A DNA stretch of 64,000 nt from Acidimicrobiia bacterium (GTDB taxonomy: Bacteria; Actinomycetota; Acidimicrobiia; Spongiisociales; ZC4RG35), in NCBI GenBank assembly GCA_965215185.1, contig OZ244034.1, positions 192,001 through 256,000 on the forward strand. Reading direction: 5' to 3'. Shown here piece after piece: positions 1 through 10,513 of the stretch (positions within the stretch are counted from its first letter, which is position 1; each line of letters starts with the position of its first letter). The notes beneath the pieces were generated by a model that was not told where the DNA came from, did not search any database, and saw nothing but the letters and a program-made list of their open reading frames with translations. The position numbers were made by a program, and so were the translations under genes.

Positions 1-833
1 TCGGGGCCAGGTTCCACCGAGTGGACGGAGGGTGGCTCGGAAACGGCCGGGTGGGTTTCGCCACCAACTCGGACGGGGCATCATATGTGGGAACCATCGG
101 CTCGGTGGTCAATGAGCAAGGTGAGTTGCAGGGACGAAGGCTTTTGGTGCTGTTCGTTCCGGTGGGGACACCTGGTCTGACCATCAACGACGACTGGAAC
201 GCTATGGGGTTGCGGGGGACGGCCACCAATTCGGTAACAATCGAGAATGCCTTCGTGCCCGACCGCTACACCATTGTCCGAGACCTAGACCAAACCCAGG
301 CCACTTTCACCGATGATGAGGGAGAGGTGCAGCACATGGCATTTGGGCTGCTCAATCTCTCGGCCGGTGGGATGCAAGTGGGACATTGCCGCCGGATCCT
401 GGACTACATGGCCGGGTTCCTGCGCAAGCGCAAGGGTGGGATAGCGGTGGCCATCAAAGGTCAGGTGACTTTGACTCGAGCCGATGTGGGATGGGCGCAA
501 TCCACCTACGGCAGGATGAGTTTTTGGGTGCGCTCGGCCTCCACGGTGTTGTACGACATTGCAGCCAAGCTCTCTGACCCCCAATACCCGCAGGAGAAGA
601 GAGCCTGGATCAGCCTGATGGCTCTCTACCATGTGCGGCGCATGACTGAGGAGGTGGCCAAAGAGTCTTTCCGCTTGGCCGGGGCCCACGGGATCGTGGC
701 TGCCAGTCCCTACGAGCGGATGTACCGGGACCTGTTGGCTCAGGCCGCCATCATTTTCAAGGCTCCGGAGATGGAAGAACACCTGGGCAAGGCCGAGCTG
801 GGCATGGCCTTTGATCCCATGCCGGGCGGCTAG
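1..833 (+). CDS. Acyl-CoA dehydrogenase / flavin-dependent monooxygenase family protein (5' partial)
   Basis: ORF 21..833, frame open to the window edge. Motifs DDWNAMGLRGTATNSV and GAHG...YERMYRD are typical of the ACAD-fold C-terminal region. Confidence 0.8.
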   Translation, partial: GARFHRVDGGWLGNGRVGFATNSDGASYVGTIGSVVNEQGELQGRRLLVLFVPVGTPGLTINDDWNAMGLRGTATNSVTIENAFVPDRYTIVRDLDQTQATFTDDEGEVQHMAFGLLNLSAGGMQVGHCRRILDYMAGFLRKRKGGIAVAIKGQVTLTRADVGWAQSTYGRMSFWVRSASTVLYDIAAKLSDPQYPQEKRAWISLMALYHVRRMTEEVAKESFRLAGAHGIVAASPYERMYRDLLAQAAIIFKAPEMEEHLGKAELGMAFDPMPGG

Positions 834-861
834 TAGTAGCCCGGCGGAGAATCGGACGACG

Positions 862-1701
862 ATGATCCGAAGTCACCTCTACGTACCCGGCGACCGTCCC
901 TCAATGCTGGCCAAGGCGTCTACCCGGGGGGCTGACATGATCATCCTCGATCTGGAGGATGCCGTTGCTCCCAATGCCAAAGCGGAGGCTCGCCGGATTA
1001 TCAGAGAGGCCATCCCGCAGATGGATGCGGCGGGGGCGCGATTTGCGGTTCGGGTCAACGGCGAACCCGAGGAACAGGAGGCGGATCTTGCGGCTTTGGT
1101 CGACAGGGGAGTCAAGGTCTTGGTGGTGCCGAAAGCCACCGCCGAGGCGATCGCGGCTGTCGCCGAACGGTCCAGACGACTGGGATTCTCATCTTCTCTT
1201 CGTCTGGTGGCTCTTATCGAAAGCGCCCGGGGCTTGTGGGAGGTCCTCTCAATCGCCGAGCATCCACAGGTGGTGGGTTTGGCGATCGGGGAAGAGGACC
1301 TAGCGGCCGACCTGGGATTGGCACACGGCGCCGATCCGATGCTATGGCATCCTGCCCGGTCGCGGCTGGTGTGGGCGTCGGCGTGCGCGGGGCTCCCCGG
1401 CCCCTCCGGTCCGGTGTGGGCCGATTTCTCCGATCTGGACGGGTTGAGGGAATCCACCCACCTGCTTCGACAATGCGGATTCTCATCCCGCCCCGCCATC
1501 CACCCGGCGCAGGTACGGGTGATCAATGAGGTCTTCACCCCCTCGGTAGAAGAGCTGGAGGCGGCCCATCGGCTGGTCGAAGAATACGATCAAGCTAAAG
1601 CCGGAGGCAGGGGAGCAATCCGCGATTCTCAAGGAAGAATGGTCGACGAAGCAGTAGTCCGCCGCGCCCGCCACCTGCTAGATCGACAAGATAGCCAGTA
1701 A
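862..1701 (+). CDS. CoA-ester lyase, CitE/HpcH-HpaI family
   Basis: RSHLYVPGDR, ILDLEDAVAP, LIESARG, IHPAQV and GRMVDEA motifs. ATG at 862 is preferred over 811. Confidence 0.9.
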   Translation: MIRSHLYVPGDRPSMLAKASTRGADMIILDLEDAVAPNAKAEARRIIREAIPQMDAAGARFAVRVNGEPEEQEADLAALVDRGVKVLVVPKATAEAIAAVAERSRRLGFSSSLRLVALIESARGLWEVLSIAEHPQVVGLAIGEEDLAADLGLAHGADPMLWHPARSRLVWASACAGLPGPSGPVWADFSDLDGLRESTHLLRQCGFSSRPAIHPAQVRVINEVFTPSVEELEAAHRLVEEYDQAKAGGRGAIRDSQGRMVDEAVVRRARHLLDRQDSQ

Positions 1702-1856
1702 CCATCTCCCGCCTTAAAGTGGCACGGTGAACGAAGTGTCACCGGACGTGATTAGCCCCACTCTTGCAACACCCACCGGATCTACCATCCGATCCGATAC
1801 ATCAGGATCAATTCCGGAGCCTGACTTGATCCTGCCTGGTGGTGGGTGAATCGGGC

Positions 1857-2666
1857 CTAGTCGAAGACAACGGCGATGGGTCTGACAGGCGATCCGGTGG
1901 CGCCCACCAGCTTCAGGGGGCAGGCCACGAACAGGCATGCTCCCACGCCCAAAGCGGCTAGTTTGCCCAGGTTCATCACCTCGAAGATGTGGATGCCGGT
2001 CTCGACCAGGAGCCGGTGGTGAACAGGCAGGATGCTGTGGCCGGTACCCGCTTTGATCACCTCGAAGGCAATAGTCTCGGCGCCCGCCGCCCGCACGCGG
2101 CGGTCGGCCAGCCAATCGGCGGCTTCCGCGCCGGGTCCCGGTGACCCATGAACCTGGGCAAGAAACATTTCGGGATCGTCCCATAGCAGATTCCAGCCAC
2201 TGTGGATGAGCGCCACATCACCGGCTCGCACCGGGGCGCCGGCCGCCTCCTCCGCCGCGGAGAGATCGGCGGCGGTGATCTCATATCCGGCAGGCAGATG
2301 TTCGACCGAGTGAACACGAGCCACGTCCAAGAGCACGCCCCGGCAGAAGAAGGGTTCCACTGTTTCGATTCCCATCTGCGTGTAGCCATCGGTGGTAGTT
2401 GCCGAGGCGGTAGTGACACCTCCGTGCATCAAGCCTTGATGGGAAACATGGCAAAAGGCATCGACATGGGTGCCGACATGCCCTCCCAACAAGATGATCT
2501 CGTTGGCGGTCGACCCGCCGTCGGACCTCACTTCGTCCCCGTGGCGTTTCATGAGAGTCATTTGGTACGGGGCATGAGTGGGGGAGACCGGCATGCCTCG
2601 GAACCACGGATGGGCCAAATCCACGATCCTCCCACCTAAAAGAGCCGTCCAATCCGTGCTGGTCAC
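1857..2666 (-). CDS. Cyclase family / kynurenine formamidase-like metallohydrolase
   Basis: HVGTHVDAFCH metal motif and C-terminal PLKLVGATGSPVRPIA. GTG start at 2666 follows an AAGGAG RBS. Confidence 0.9.
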   Translation of the reverse strand: MTSTDWTALLGGRIVDLAHPWFRGMPVSPTHAPYQMTLMKRHGDEVRSDGGSTANEIILLGGHVGTHVDAFCHVSHQGLMHGGVTTASATTTDGYTQMGIETVEPFFCRGVLLDVARVHSVEHLPAGYEITAADLSAAEEAAGAPVRAGDVALIHSGWNLLWDDPEMFLAQVHGSPGPGAEAADWLADRRVRAAGAETIAFEVIKAGTGHSILPVHHRLLVETGIHIFEVMNLGKLAALGVGACLFVACPLKLVGATGSPVRPIAVVFD

Positions 2667-2939
2667 TACACCACTCCTTTCCGAGCGAACCCGGCTGCTT
2701 CTCTGCGCTGCCCGAGGATCTTGCAACTAAGAACGGTATCAGCTCTGCTGGTCCGTCACCAGGCGGCGCCACATGGAAGCGGGGGTGAGTCCACGGCGTA
2801 TTATCCGCGTGACTACGAAGGTAGCGGCAGTAACTGGGAGCAGCACGGGTAGTCCCGAAAGGGCCCGCTGCACCAGGAATCTCAACATGGGAATAACGCT
2901 TTATCCTCCCAGGACCGGGTCGATGCCGCCCATTGCCTC

Positions 2940-3845
2940 ATGAACCCCCGCCAACCGGCGTCGGGTGTCCCAAGCGACGGTATGTACAACCCGCGACAGC
3001 TGCTTTTTCCGGGAGGGGGACTGGTGATGGGCACCCTCCCCGGCGGTTCCAAGCCGGTGATGGCCCGCGGCGCCGGTTCTCGGATCTGGGATAACCGCGG
3101 CCGACAATACCTGGATTGTGTATTGGGATCGGGGGCACTGATTCTGGGACACGCCCACCCGGAGATGGTGGCGGCGGGGGTCTCCCGTCAAATAGGGGAG
3201 GGCACCACCTATTACGCCCTCAGCTCGCCCACGTTGGAGCTGGCCGAGCGGATCGTCCATCATGTACCTTCGGCAGAGCAGATACAGTTCTGCGGTTCGG
3301 GAGGAGAGGCGGTCGGCTACGCCCTTCGTCTGGCCCGGGCGGCTACTGGAAGGCAGTTGGTCCTCAAATTTCGAAGGCGCCTTTCATGGCTTCAGCGATT
3401 ATGCCTAGATGAGTTGGGTCCCCTCCGTCCCCTCCCAATATCCGGTCCCCCAGCCCGACACCGCCGGAGTTCCCCTCGCAGTGTCCGACACGGTATTGGT
3501 AGCTCCGTTTAACGACCTGGAGGAGACCGCCCGCATCATCTCCGCCCATGCCGACCGGTTGGCAGCGGTGGTGGTAGAGCCCCTGCAACGGGCAATTGTG
3601 GCCGCGGACGGGTTTCTTCAAGGTGTCCGGGAACTCTGCACCCGCCATGCCATAGTGTTGGTCTTCGACGAGGTGGTCACCGGCTTTCGACCCGGTTTGG
3701 GCGGAGCTCAAGACTATTACGGAGTGCTTCCCGACCTGACCTGTCTAGGAAAAATCATCGGGGGCGGCTTTCCTTTGGCTGCTGTGACCGGTCCTGGCTC
3801 CATTATGGGGTTGGCCGCCCACGGACGCCCCGCCTCCCGTTCCAT
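2940..3845 (+). pseudogene. Class III aminotransferase (glutamate-1-semialdehyde aminomutase-like), frameshifted and 3' truncated
   Basis: ILGHAHP...VLKF then +1 shift near 3371 to EGAFHG; FDEVVTGFR and LGKIIGGG present. Similarity ends near 3840, before the expected GT.SGNP region. Confidence 0.8.
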
Positions 3846-3988
3846 CTTTCCTGATGGCAGCCAGGACTCTTGGCGGTACACCAAGAAAGGTTTCGCTTTC
3901 GAGTTTGGCCCTCACCCTGAGCGGGTGATCGAGCGCAAGACAGGCGCAAACCCGCCGGTCCCTTGTGAAGGGATTCGGTCGTTTCTGT

Positions 3989-6649
3989 CTAGTTGCTGGC
4001 CATCTGGCGGAGGACGTAGGGGAGAATGCCTCCGTGGCGGTAATAGTCCACCTCGATGGGGGTGTCGATGCGGATGATGGCTTCGAACGCCTTGGAGATT
4101 CCGTCCTCGCCTTCAGCTTTCACCATCACCCGCTGGCCTGGCGCCAGTGACTCGTCAACGGGGATGTGAAAAGTCTCGATGCCTGACAGTCCCAGAGTCC
4201 GGGGGTTTTCACCTTCCGCGAACTGGAGGGGCAGCAGGCCCATCATCACCAGGTTGGTGCGATGGATCCGCTCGTAGCTCTCGGCGATCACCGCCCGCAC
4301 GCCCAGCAGGAAGGGGCCCTTCGCAGCCCAGTCACGGGAGGATCCCATCCCGTAGTCCCGGCCCGCAATAACTATGAGTGGCGTTCCAAGGTCACGGTAA
4401 TTGCCCGCCGCTTCGAAGATGGTTTTGACCTGCCCATCCCCGAAGTCGGTGGTGTACCCTCCCACCGTTCCCGGGGCCAGGAGATTCCGCACTCGGAGAT
4501 TGGCGAAGGTGCCCCGGCTCATAACCCGGTCGTTGCCCCGTCGGGCGCCGTAGGAGTTGAATCTAGAGGGTTGGACCCCCCGTTCTATCAGGTAGCGTCC
4601 GGCGGGAGTCTCCGCCGAGATGGAACCGGCGGGGGAGATGTGATCGGTGGTGATCGAATCGCCCACCATCACCAAAGTGCGGGCTCCCACAATGGGCTGC
4701 ACCGCACGAGGCTGGGGGGTCAGGTCCGCAAAGAAGGGCGGCGACTGGATGTAGGTGGATTCCTCCGACCAGTCGTAGAGCCGGCTTTCGGGCGTAATCA
4801 CCGAGCGCCACTCCTCGGCTCCGGTGAAGACGTCTGCATAGCGTCCCGTGAATTGTTCCCGGTTCACATTACGGCTGATGACAGAGGTGACTTCCTTCTG
4901 ACTCGGCCAGATGTCCCTCAGGAAGACCTCCCGGCCTTTGGAGTCGGTTCCCAGCGGCTCGGTGGCCGGATCCCAGTCGACCGTGCCCGCTAGGGCATAA
5001 GCCACCACCAACGGAGGAGATGCCAGGTAGTTGGCCTGGACGTAAGGGTGGATGCGGCCCTCGAAATTGCGGTTCCCCGAGAGCACCCCGGCTGCCACCA
5101 GATCGGCGGAGTCGATAGCGTCCGAGATCGGCTCCGGCAGGGGACCGGAGTTGCCGATGCAGGTAGTGCATCCGTACCCGACCAGGTAGAACCCCAACGC
5201 CTCCAAGTCCTCAGTGAGCCCGGCCTTGTCCAAATAGGCTGTTACCACCTGGGAGCCGGGAGCCAGCGAGGTCTTGACCCAGGGCTGGCGCCGTAGACCC
5301 CGGCGGCGGGCGTTGCGGGCCAAAAGTCCTGCTCCCACCATAACCGCCGGATTGGAGGTGTTGGTACAAGAGGTGATGGCGGCGATGACCACCCGACCGT
5401 GTTCCATGTCGAAGGTGTCACCGTTCATGCTCACTTCCAAAGCGGCGGCGGCGCCGTTGGGAGCGCGGTCGAACACCGCGGCGAGGTCACTGTGCCATTG
5501 CTCCTTCATACGGAACAGCGGGATCCGGTCCTGCGGGCGGCGAGGGCCGGCCAGGGACGGCTCCACCGTGCCCAGATCCAACTCCAGATGGGCGTGATAA
5601 GAGATCTGGCGGTCATCTCGCCACAGGCCCTGTTCCTTGCAGTACTGCTCGACCGTCTCCACCAGCTCTGGGGACCGGCCCGAAAGCTCCAGGTAGCGGA
5701 TGGTCTGGCTGTCCACTGGGAAAAAGCCCACCGTCGCTCCGTATTCGGGCGCCATGTTGGCGATGGTGGCGCGGGTAGCCACCGGCATGTCGTCAAGCCC
5801 CGGGCCCCCGAATTCCACGAATTTGCCTACCACCCCGTAGGATCGCAGCATTTCTGTGACCCGGAGCACCAGGTCGGTGGCGGTGGATCCTTCTCTGAGT
5901 TGGCCGGTGAGACGGACTCCCACCACCTCGGGAAGAAGCATGGAGATGGGCTGACCCACCATCACCGCTTCGGCCTCTATCCCACCTACTCCCCATCCTG
6001 CCACCCCCAAGCCGTTGATCATGGTGGAGTGCGAGTCGGTGCCCACCAGGCTGTCGGGATAGAGCCACTCCCCATCGTCCCATACCACTTTGGCCAGGTA
6101 TTCCAGGTTGACCTGATGGACAATGCCGGTGGCGGGGGGGACCACCCGGAAATTGTTGAAAGCCGACTGCGCCCATTTGAGGAGTTGATACCGCTGCTGA
6201 TTTCTTTCGAACTCCCGCCGGGAGTTGATCATCAGGGCGTCAGGTCGGTTGAAGGCGTCGATCTGAACGCTGTGATCAATCACCAAGTCCACCGGGACCA
6301 AAGGGTTGACCAAGTCGGCCGCGTCGGGATCGCCGGTCATGGCCACGATGGCGTCGCGCATGGCGGCCAGATCCACCACGGCGGGCACCCCAGTGAAGTC
6401 CTGGAGGAGCACCCGGCCGGGAATGAAAGGGATCTCTTTGGCAGAGGAGAGGGCAGGGTTATAGGCGGCGATGGTATCGATGTCCTCGGCAGAGAATCCA
6501 GGTCTGCCCAGGTTCCGTACCGCCGACTCCAAGAGGACCTTGATGGAATAGGGAAGAGCGTCAACCCCGGGCACTGAGTCCAGCCGGGCGATCTTTCTTT
6601 GCCCAAGGGGCGTGGAAATAGTATCTATGGAGCTTTGAGCGGTGTTCAT
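3989..6649 (-). CDS. acnA: Aconitate hydratase A
   Basis: RVLLQDFTGVPAVVDLAAMR, AAITSCTNTSNP, GYGCTTCIGNSG, YGMGSSRDWAAKG. Start taken at MNTAQ (6649). Confidence 0.97.
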   Translation of the reverse strand: MNTAQSSIDTISTPLGQRKIARLDSVPGVDALPYSIKVLLESAVRNLGRPGFSAEDIDTIAAYNPALSSAKEIPFIPGRVLLQDFTGVPAVVDLAAMRDAIVAMTGDPDAADLVNPLVPVDLVIDHSVQIDAFNRPDALMINSRREFERNQQRYQLLKWAQSAFNNFRVVPPATGIVHQVNLEYLAKVVWDDGEWLYPDSLVGTDSHSTMINGLGVAGWGVGGIEAEAVMVGQPISMLLPEVVGVRLTGQLREGSTATDLVLRVTEMLRSYGVVGKFVEFGGPGLDDMPVATRATIANMAPEYGATVGFFPVDSQTIRYLELSGRSPELVETVEQYCKEQGLWRDDRQISYHAHLELDLGTVEPSLAGPRRPQDRIPLFRMKEQWHSDLAAVFDRAPNGAAAALEVSMNGDTFDMEHGRVVIAAITSCTNTSNPAVMVGAGLLARNARRRGLRRQPWVKTSLAPGSQVVTAYLDKAGLTEDLEALGFYLVGYGCTTCIGNSGPLPEPISDAIDSADLVAAGVLSGNRNFEGRIHPYVQANYLASPPLVVAYALAGTVDWDPATEPLGTDSKGREVFLRDIWPSQKEVTSVISRNVNREQFTGRYADVFTGAEEWRSVITPESRLYDWSEESTYIQSPPFFADLTPQPRAVQPIVGARTLVMVGDSITTDHISPAGSISAETPAGRYLIERGVQPSRFNSYGARRGNDRVMSRGTFANLRVRNLLAPGTVGGYTTDFGDGQVKTIFEAAGNYRDLGTPLIVIAGRDYGMGSSRDWAAKGPFLLGVRAVIAESYERIHRTNLVMMGLLPLQFAEGENPRTLGLSGIETFHIPVDESLAPGQRVMVKAEGEDGISKAFEAIIRIDTPIEVDYYRHGGILPYVLRQMASN

Positions 6650-6660
6650 GGCCTTCTTTT

Positions 6661-7374
6661 TTAGGAACGGATGGTGATCTCGACCGGTATTTCGGTTACA
6701 CAGTCCTCGAGATTGTCGTGGTGGGGAGTCAGAACTGTCTGCGAGCATCTTCCCATCGCCTCGAACAGCCCCGACACTATCCCTCTGTCCAGGGAGCACA
6801 CCACCTCGGGATGGCTCGTGGCGGCTTCGCCGAAGGGACAGTGATAAGTGAGAAGGCGCCCCGTCTCCCAGTCGGGATTCATGGCAAAGCCGATCCCGCT
6901 CATGGCCCCCATCACTCCCCGCACCGCCTCCTCATATCCCGCGCCGGTGGGCGTGCCGATCTCGGCGGCCAACTCCTGTCCGTACTCCCTGCCTATCTCC
7001 TCGGCCACTTCCGAGAGACCTTCGGGGGACAGACGGTTGAGGATTTTGGTCAAAAGCTCCACCAACAGGTCGTATCGAATCGTCGGGTAACTTATCTCGA
7101 TGAGGCGAGTGGTGGCTTGGTAGTGCTTGGGAGGCCTTCCCGCTTTTCTGATAAGAGATGTGGGTGGGATGCCAACCTGCAGATACCCGTCCTCGGTGAG
7201 TATTTCCAAATGATGACGGGCCAGATTGCGGTGAATTCCGAACAATTCGGCAACTTTTCCCACCGTAAGGGGTTCAAGGGATTCCCGCACTGCAATGAAA
7301 ATTGCTCGGCGAGTTGCGTCTCCCAGCGCAGAGGTCAAATCGGCTATTTTCTTGTCGATTACCTGATTACGCAT
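6661..7374 (-). CDS. ArsR/SufR-like winged-HTH metalloregulator
   Basis: N-terminal HTH (ALGDATRRAI...ARHHLEIL...GRPPKHY). C-terminal HCPF-X-VVC motif plus two further Cys. Confidence 0.8.
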   Translation of the reverse strand: MRNQVIDKKIADLTSALGDATRRAIFIAVRESLEPLTVGKVAELFGIHRNLARHHLEILTEDGYLQVGIPPTSLIRKAGRPPKHYQATTRLIEISYPTIRYDLLVELLTKILNRLSPEGLSEVAEEIGREYGQELAAEIGTPTGAGYEEAVRGVMGAMSGIGFAMNPDWETGRLLTYHCPFGEAATSHPEVVCSLDRGIVSGLFEAMGRCSQTVLTPHHDNLEDCVTEIPVEITIRS

Positions 7375-7411
7375 GCAACACCCTCGTATCTACAGGGGAT
7401 TATAGTTAAAG

Positions 7412-8500
7412 ATGATCCAGTCACAGGGTGCATTGAGGGCTGCCATATCGGCGGTCGAAGACCCGCTGTTGCGACATTCTCTTGACTCGCTGGGCATGGT
7501 CCGGGCGGTGAAGACCCGGCGGTTCGGGTCGCCTACCATCACCGTCGCCCTGCCCGTGCCGAACTATCCGGTGCTTGGGGAACTGGTCGGAAGATTGAGG
7601 GAAGCAGCGGTTGGCCTGGTTTCCGACCTAGACATCCAAACCGAGGTCATGAGCGATGACGAGCGGGCAGAGATGATGACGAAAATGAGCCGGCAGGCCG
7701 GTCCGGGTCCGGGAGAAGTCGGATCTGCCGCCAGGGTGGTGGCGGTGTCATCGGGAAAGGGCGGGGTTGGAAAGTCGTCGGTCGCCACCAACCTGGGGTT
7801 GGCGCTGCAGGGACTTGGGAAAAGGGTGGGTTTGATCGACGCCGACATCTGGGGTTTCTCGATTCCGCAGATGCTGGGCATAGACCGGGCGCCGGTGATC
7901 ATCGAACAGGCCATCATCCCTCCCCACGCCTACGGGGTGAGCGCCATGTCCATGGACTACTTCGTGCCCGAGGACAAGGCGGTGATCTGGCGCGGTCCGA
8001 TGCTCCACAAAGCATTGGAGCAGTTTTTGAAGGACGTTTTCTGGGACGCTCCTGACTATCTGCTGATCGACATGCCGCCGGGAACGGGGGATATCGCTAT
8101 CTCCATCAGTAACTTCCTGCCGCGGTCCCAGGTGCTTTTGGTCACCACACCTCAGCCCACCGCCCAACGGGTGGCCCGCCGGGCCGCGTTGATGGCGGCG
8201 CAGGTCAACCAGCAAGTGATCGGGGTGGTGGAGAACATGTCCTGGTTCACCGGCGACGACGGCAAACGCTACGAGTTGTTCGGAGCGGGGGGAGGCCAGG
8301 CGCTTGCCACGGAACTGAAGGTGCCGCTGATGGCCAAGATTCCGCTGTTGCCCCAAATGCGGGAGGGCGCCGACCACGGTCTTCCCGTGACGGCGGCCGC
8401 TCCCGGCAGCGAGGCTGCCCAGGCGTTCACCCAGCTTGCCGAGGCGGTGGAGAAGGCCCGTCCCCGGATTCGTTCCCACCCCGAGTTGGTGATCCGCTAG
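7412..8500 (+). CDS. mrp: Mrp/NBP35 (ApbC) Fe-S cluster carrier ATPase
   Basis: N-terminal DUF59-like segment, SGKGGVGKS, DADIWG, WRGPML, DMPPGTGD, VVENMS. Confidence 0.92.
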   Translation: MIQSQGALRAAISAVEDPLLRHSLDSLGMVRAVKTRRFGSPTITVALPVPNYPVLGELVGRLREAAVGLVSDLDIQTEVMSDDERAEMMTKMSRQAGPGPGEVGSAARVVAVSSGKGGVGKSSVATNLGLALQGLGKRVGLIDADIWGFSIPQMLGIDRAPVIIEQAIIPPHAYGVSAMSMDYFVPEDKAVIWRGPMLHKALEQFLKDVFWDAPDYLLIDMPPGTGDIAISISNFLPRSQVLLVTTPQPTAQRVARRAALMAAQVNQQVIGVVENMSWFTGDDGKRYELFGAGGGQALATELKVPLMAKIPLLPQMREGADHGLPVTAAAPGSEAAQAFTQLAEAVEKARPRIRSHPELVIR

Positions 8501-8553
8501 CCGGCCACGCCCGGTGATTTAGAGGGGTACTTTGGGCGACTAATCTGGAGCCA

Positions 8554-9213
8554 ATGGTGGAGATTCGCTCCCCGAGCGTCAGAAAACGATGGTCGGAAGC
8601 CACTCGGGCCCGGGCTTCGGAGATCGTCAAGAGATATCCGCAGTCCCGTTCGGCGGTGATGCCGCTTCTGTACCTCGCCATGGCCGAGGAGGGTTACCTA
8701 ACCGACAACGGCATGAGAGAAGTGGCGAAAATGGTGGGTCTGACTCCCGCGCAGGTCAGCGCGGTTGCCTCGTTCTACACCATGTACAAGAGGCAAGACC
8801 CCGGCCGCTACTTGATCTCATGCTGTACTTCGATCAGTTGCATGCTGCTGGGATCCGACGAGGTGTTGAGAGCCATCGAGGATGAGTCGGAGGTCATGGG
8901 CGGCCAGTCAGACGCTGAGAGATTGATCACGGTCGAGCATGTGGAGTGCATAGGCGCCTGTGGGGGAGCGCCGGCCGTCACAGTGAACTACGAACTGATT
9001 GAGGGAATCACGGTCCAGAAGGCCCAGGAGTTGGTGAGGTGGCTCTACAGCGCCCGACCCGAGGCCATCGGAGGCGCCGAGTGCCAGGAACTGTTCGGAG
9101 GCAGGCGCAGCTTCGACTGGGGAGCTTTCGACCGCGATTCAGCCGTCGGACCCTATCCGGCTTTCGGTCCGTTGGGCACTGTATCCAACCGTCGGCACGG
9201 CCAGGACGGATAG
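8554..9213 (+). CDS. nuoE: NADH-quinone oxidoreductase subunit E
   Basis: YP..RSAVMPLL, VASFYTMY, C-X4-C and ECIGAC [2Fe-2S] ligands. Confidence 0.93.
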   Translation: MVEIRSPSVRKRWSEATRARASEIVKRYPQSRSAVMPLLYLAMAEEGYLTDNGMREVAKMVGLTPAQVSAVASFYTMYKRQDPGRYLISCCTSISCMLLGSDEVLRAIEDESEVMGGQSDAERLITVEHVECIGACGGAPAVTVNYELIEGITVQKAQELVRWLYSARPEAIGGAECQELFGGRRSFDWGAFDRDSAVGPYPAFGPLGTVSNRRHGQDG

Positions 9214-9217
9214 GGCC

Positions 9218-10513
9218 GTGAGCATCCCGTACATCATCACCGACCGGATGAGCCGGTTCCCATCCGACAGCCACACCCTGGAGCGTTACCTGGCAACCGG
9301 CGGATATGAGGCGCTTCGCACCGCCCTGGGAATGTCGCCGAAGGAAATAACCACGGAGGTGAAGAGCGCCAACCTGCGGGGCAGGGGAGGAGCGGGTTTT
9401 CCATGCGGCGTCAAGTGGGGATTCCTGGCTCCGGGCAAGCCGGCCTATTTAGTGGTGAACGGAGACGAATCCGAGCCAGGGACTTTCAAGGACCGCCAAC
9501 TAATGGAACGCGATCCCCACCAGATGCTGGAGGGGATGATCATCGCCTCCTACGCCAGCGAGGTCAATCACGCTTTCGTTTACATCCGGGGGGAGTACAC
9601 CCGTTCCGCCCGTCGGATACAGCAGGCGGTCGACGAGGCCTACACCGCCGGTTACTTGGGCACCGACATCCTGGGAAGTGGTTATGACCTGGATGTCACT
9701 ATTCATCTGGGGGCGGGCGCCTACATCTGCGGGGAGGAGACGGCTTTGCTCAACAGCCTGGAGGGGCGAAGGGGCGAGCCCCGGTTGAAGCCCCCCTACT
9801 ATCCGGCCGCCAAGGGTCTGTACATGAAGCCCACCATTGTCAACAATGTGGAGACGCTTTCCAATGTTCCCTGGATCATCCAAAACGGCGGAGAGGCGTT
9901 TTCATCCATCGGACCGGACGGGTCGCGGGGCACGCGGCTGTTCTCCATCTCCGGGCATGTCCGCCAACCCGGCAACTACGAGTTGGTGATGGGGATCAGT
10001 TGGCGGGAGCTGATCTTCGAAGTGGCGGGAGGAATACCGGGCGACCGGGCGCTCAAATGCTGGATCCCCGGAGGCGCTTCGGCACCCTGGTTCGTGCCCG
10101 ACCTCCACCTGGATCTGCCGGTGACTCTGGACGATACGGCCAAGGCAGGTTCGATGCTGGGGTCCGGGGCGGTGGTGGTGATGGATGAGACCACCTGCAC
10201 CCTGCGGGCCGCCGAGCGGGTGGTGCGGTTCTTCGCCCACGAGTCGTGCGGGCAGTGCACCCCCTGCCGGGAAGGGTGCTCGTGGCTGGAGCGGGTGCTG
10301 CGGCGCATCGAGGAGGGCGCCGGCCGGGAGGTGGACATCGATATGCTGCTCGACATCTCCGACAATATCTCCCCGGGCCTGGCCTGGCCGCCCCGCATGA
10401 CCACCATCTGCCCGCTGGGGCCTTCGGCGGTTTCTCCCATTCTCGCTATCACCAACTACTTCAAGGACGAGGTCATGGCGCACATTCATCAGGGGGGCTG
10501 TCCCTTTGACTGA
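9218..10513 (+). CDS. nuoF: NADH-quinone oxidoreductase subunit F
   Basis: LRGRGGAGFP, NGDESEPGTFKDR, GAGAYICGEETAL, ESCGQCTPCREG. Confidence 0.96.
   Translation: MSIPYIITDRMSRFPSDSHTLERYLATGGYEALRTALGMSPKEITTEVKSANLRGRGGAGFPCGVKWGFLAPGKPAYLVVNGDESEPGTFKDRQLMERDPHQMLEGMIIASYASEVNHAFVYIRGEYTRSARRIQQAVDEAYTAGYLGTDILGSGYDLDVTIHLGAGAYICGEETALLNSLEGRRGEPRLKPPYYPAAKGLYMKPTIVNNVETLSNVPWIIQNGGEAFSSIGPDGSRGTRLFSISGHVRQPGNYELVMGISWRELIFEVAGGIPGDRALKCWIPGGASAPWFVPDLHLDLPVTLDDTAKAGSMLGSGAVVVMDETTCTLRAAERVVRFFAHESCGQCTPCREGCSWLERVLRRIEEGAGREVDIDMLLDISDNISPGLAWPPRMTTICPLGPSAVSPILAITNYFKDEVMAHIHQGGCPFD

Noticed and set aside
3845-3985. Possible riboswitch or ncRNA after the truncated aminotransferase
   Set aside because: Only a short TCCCTT/AAGGGA hairpin near the acnA end, plausibly a terminator; no recognisable riboswitch consensus.
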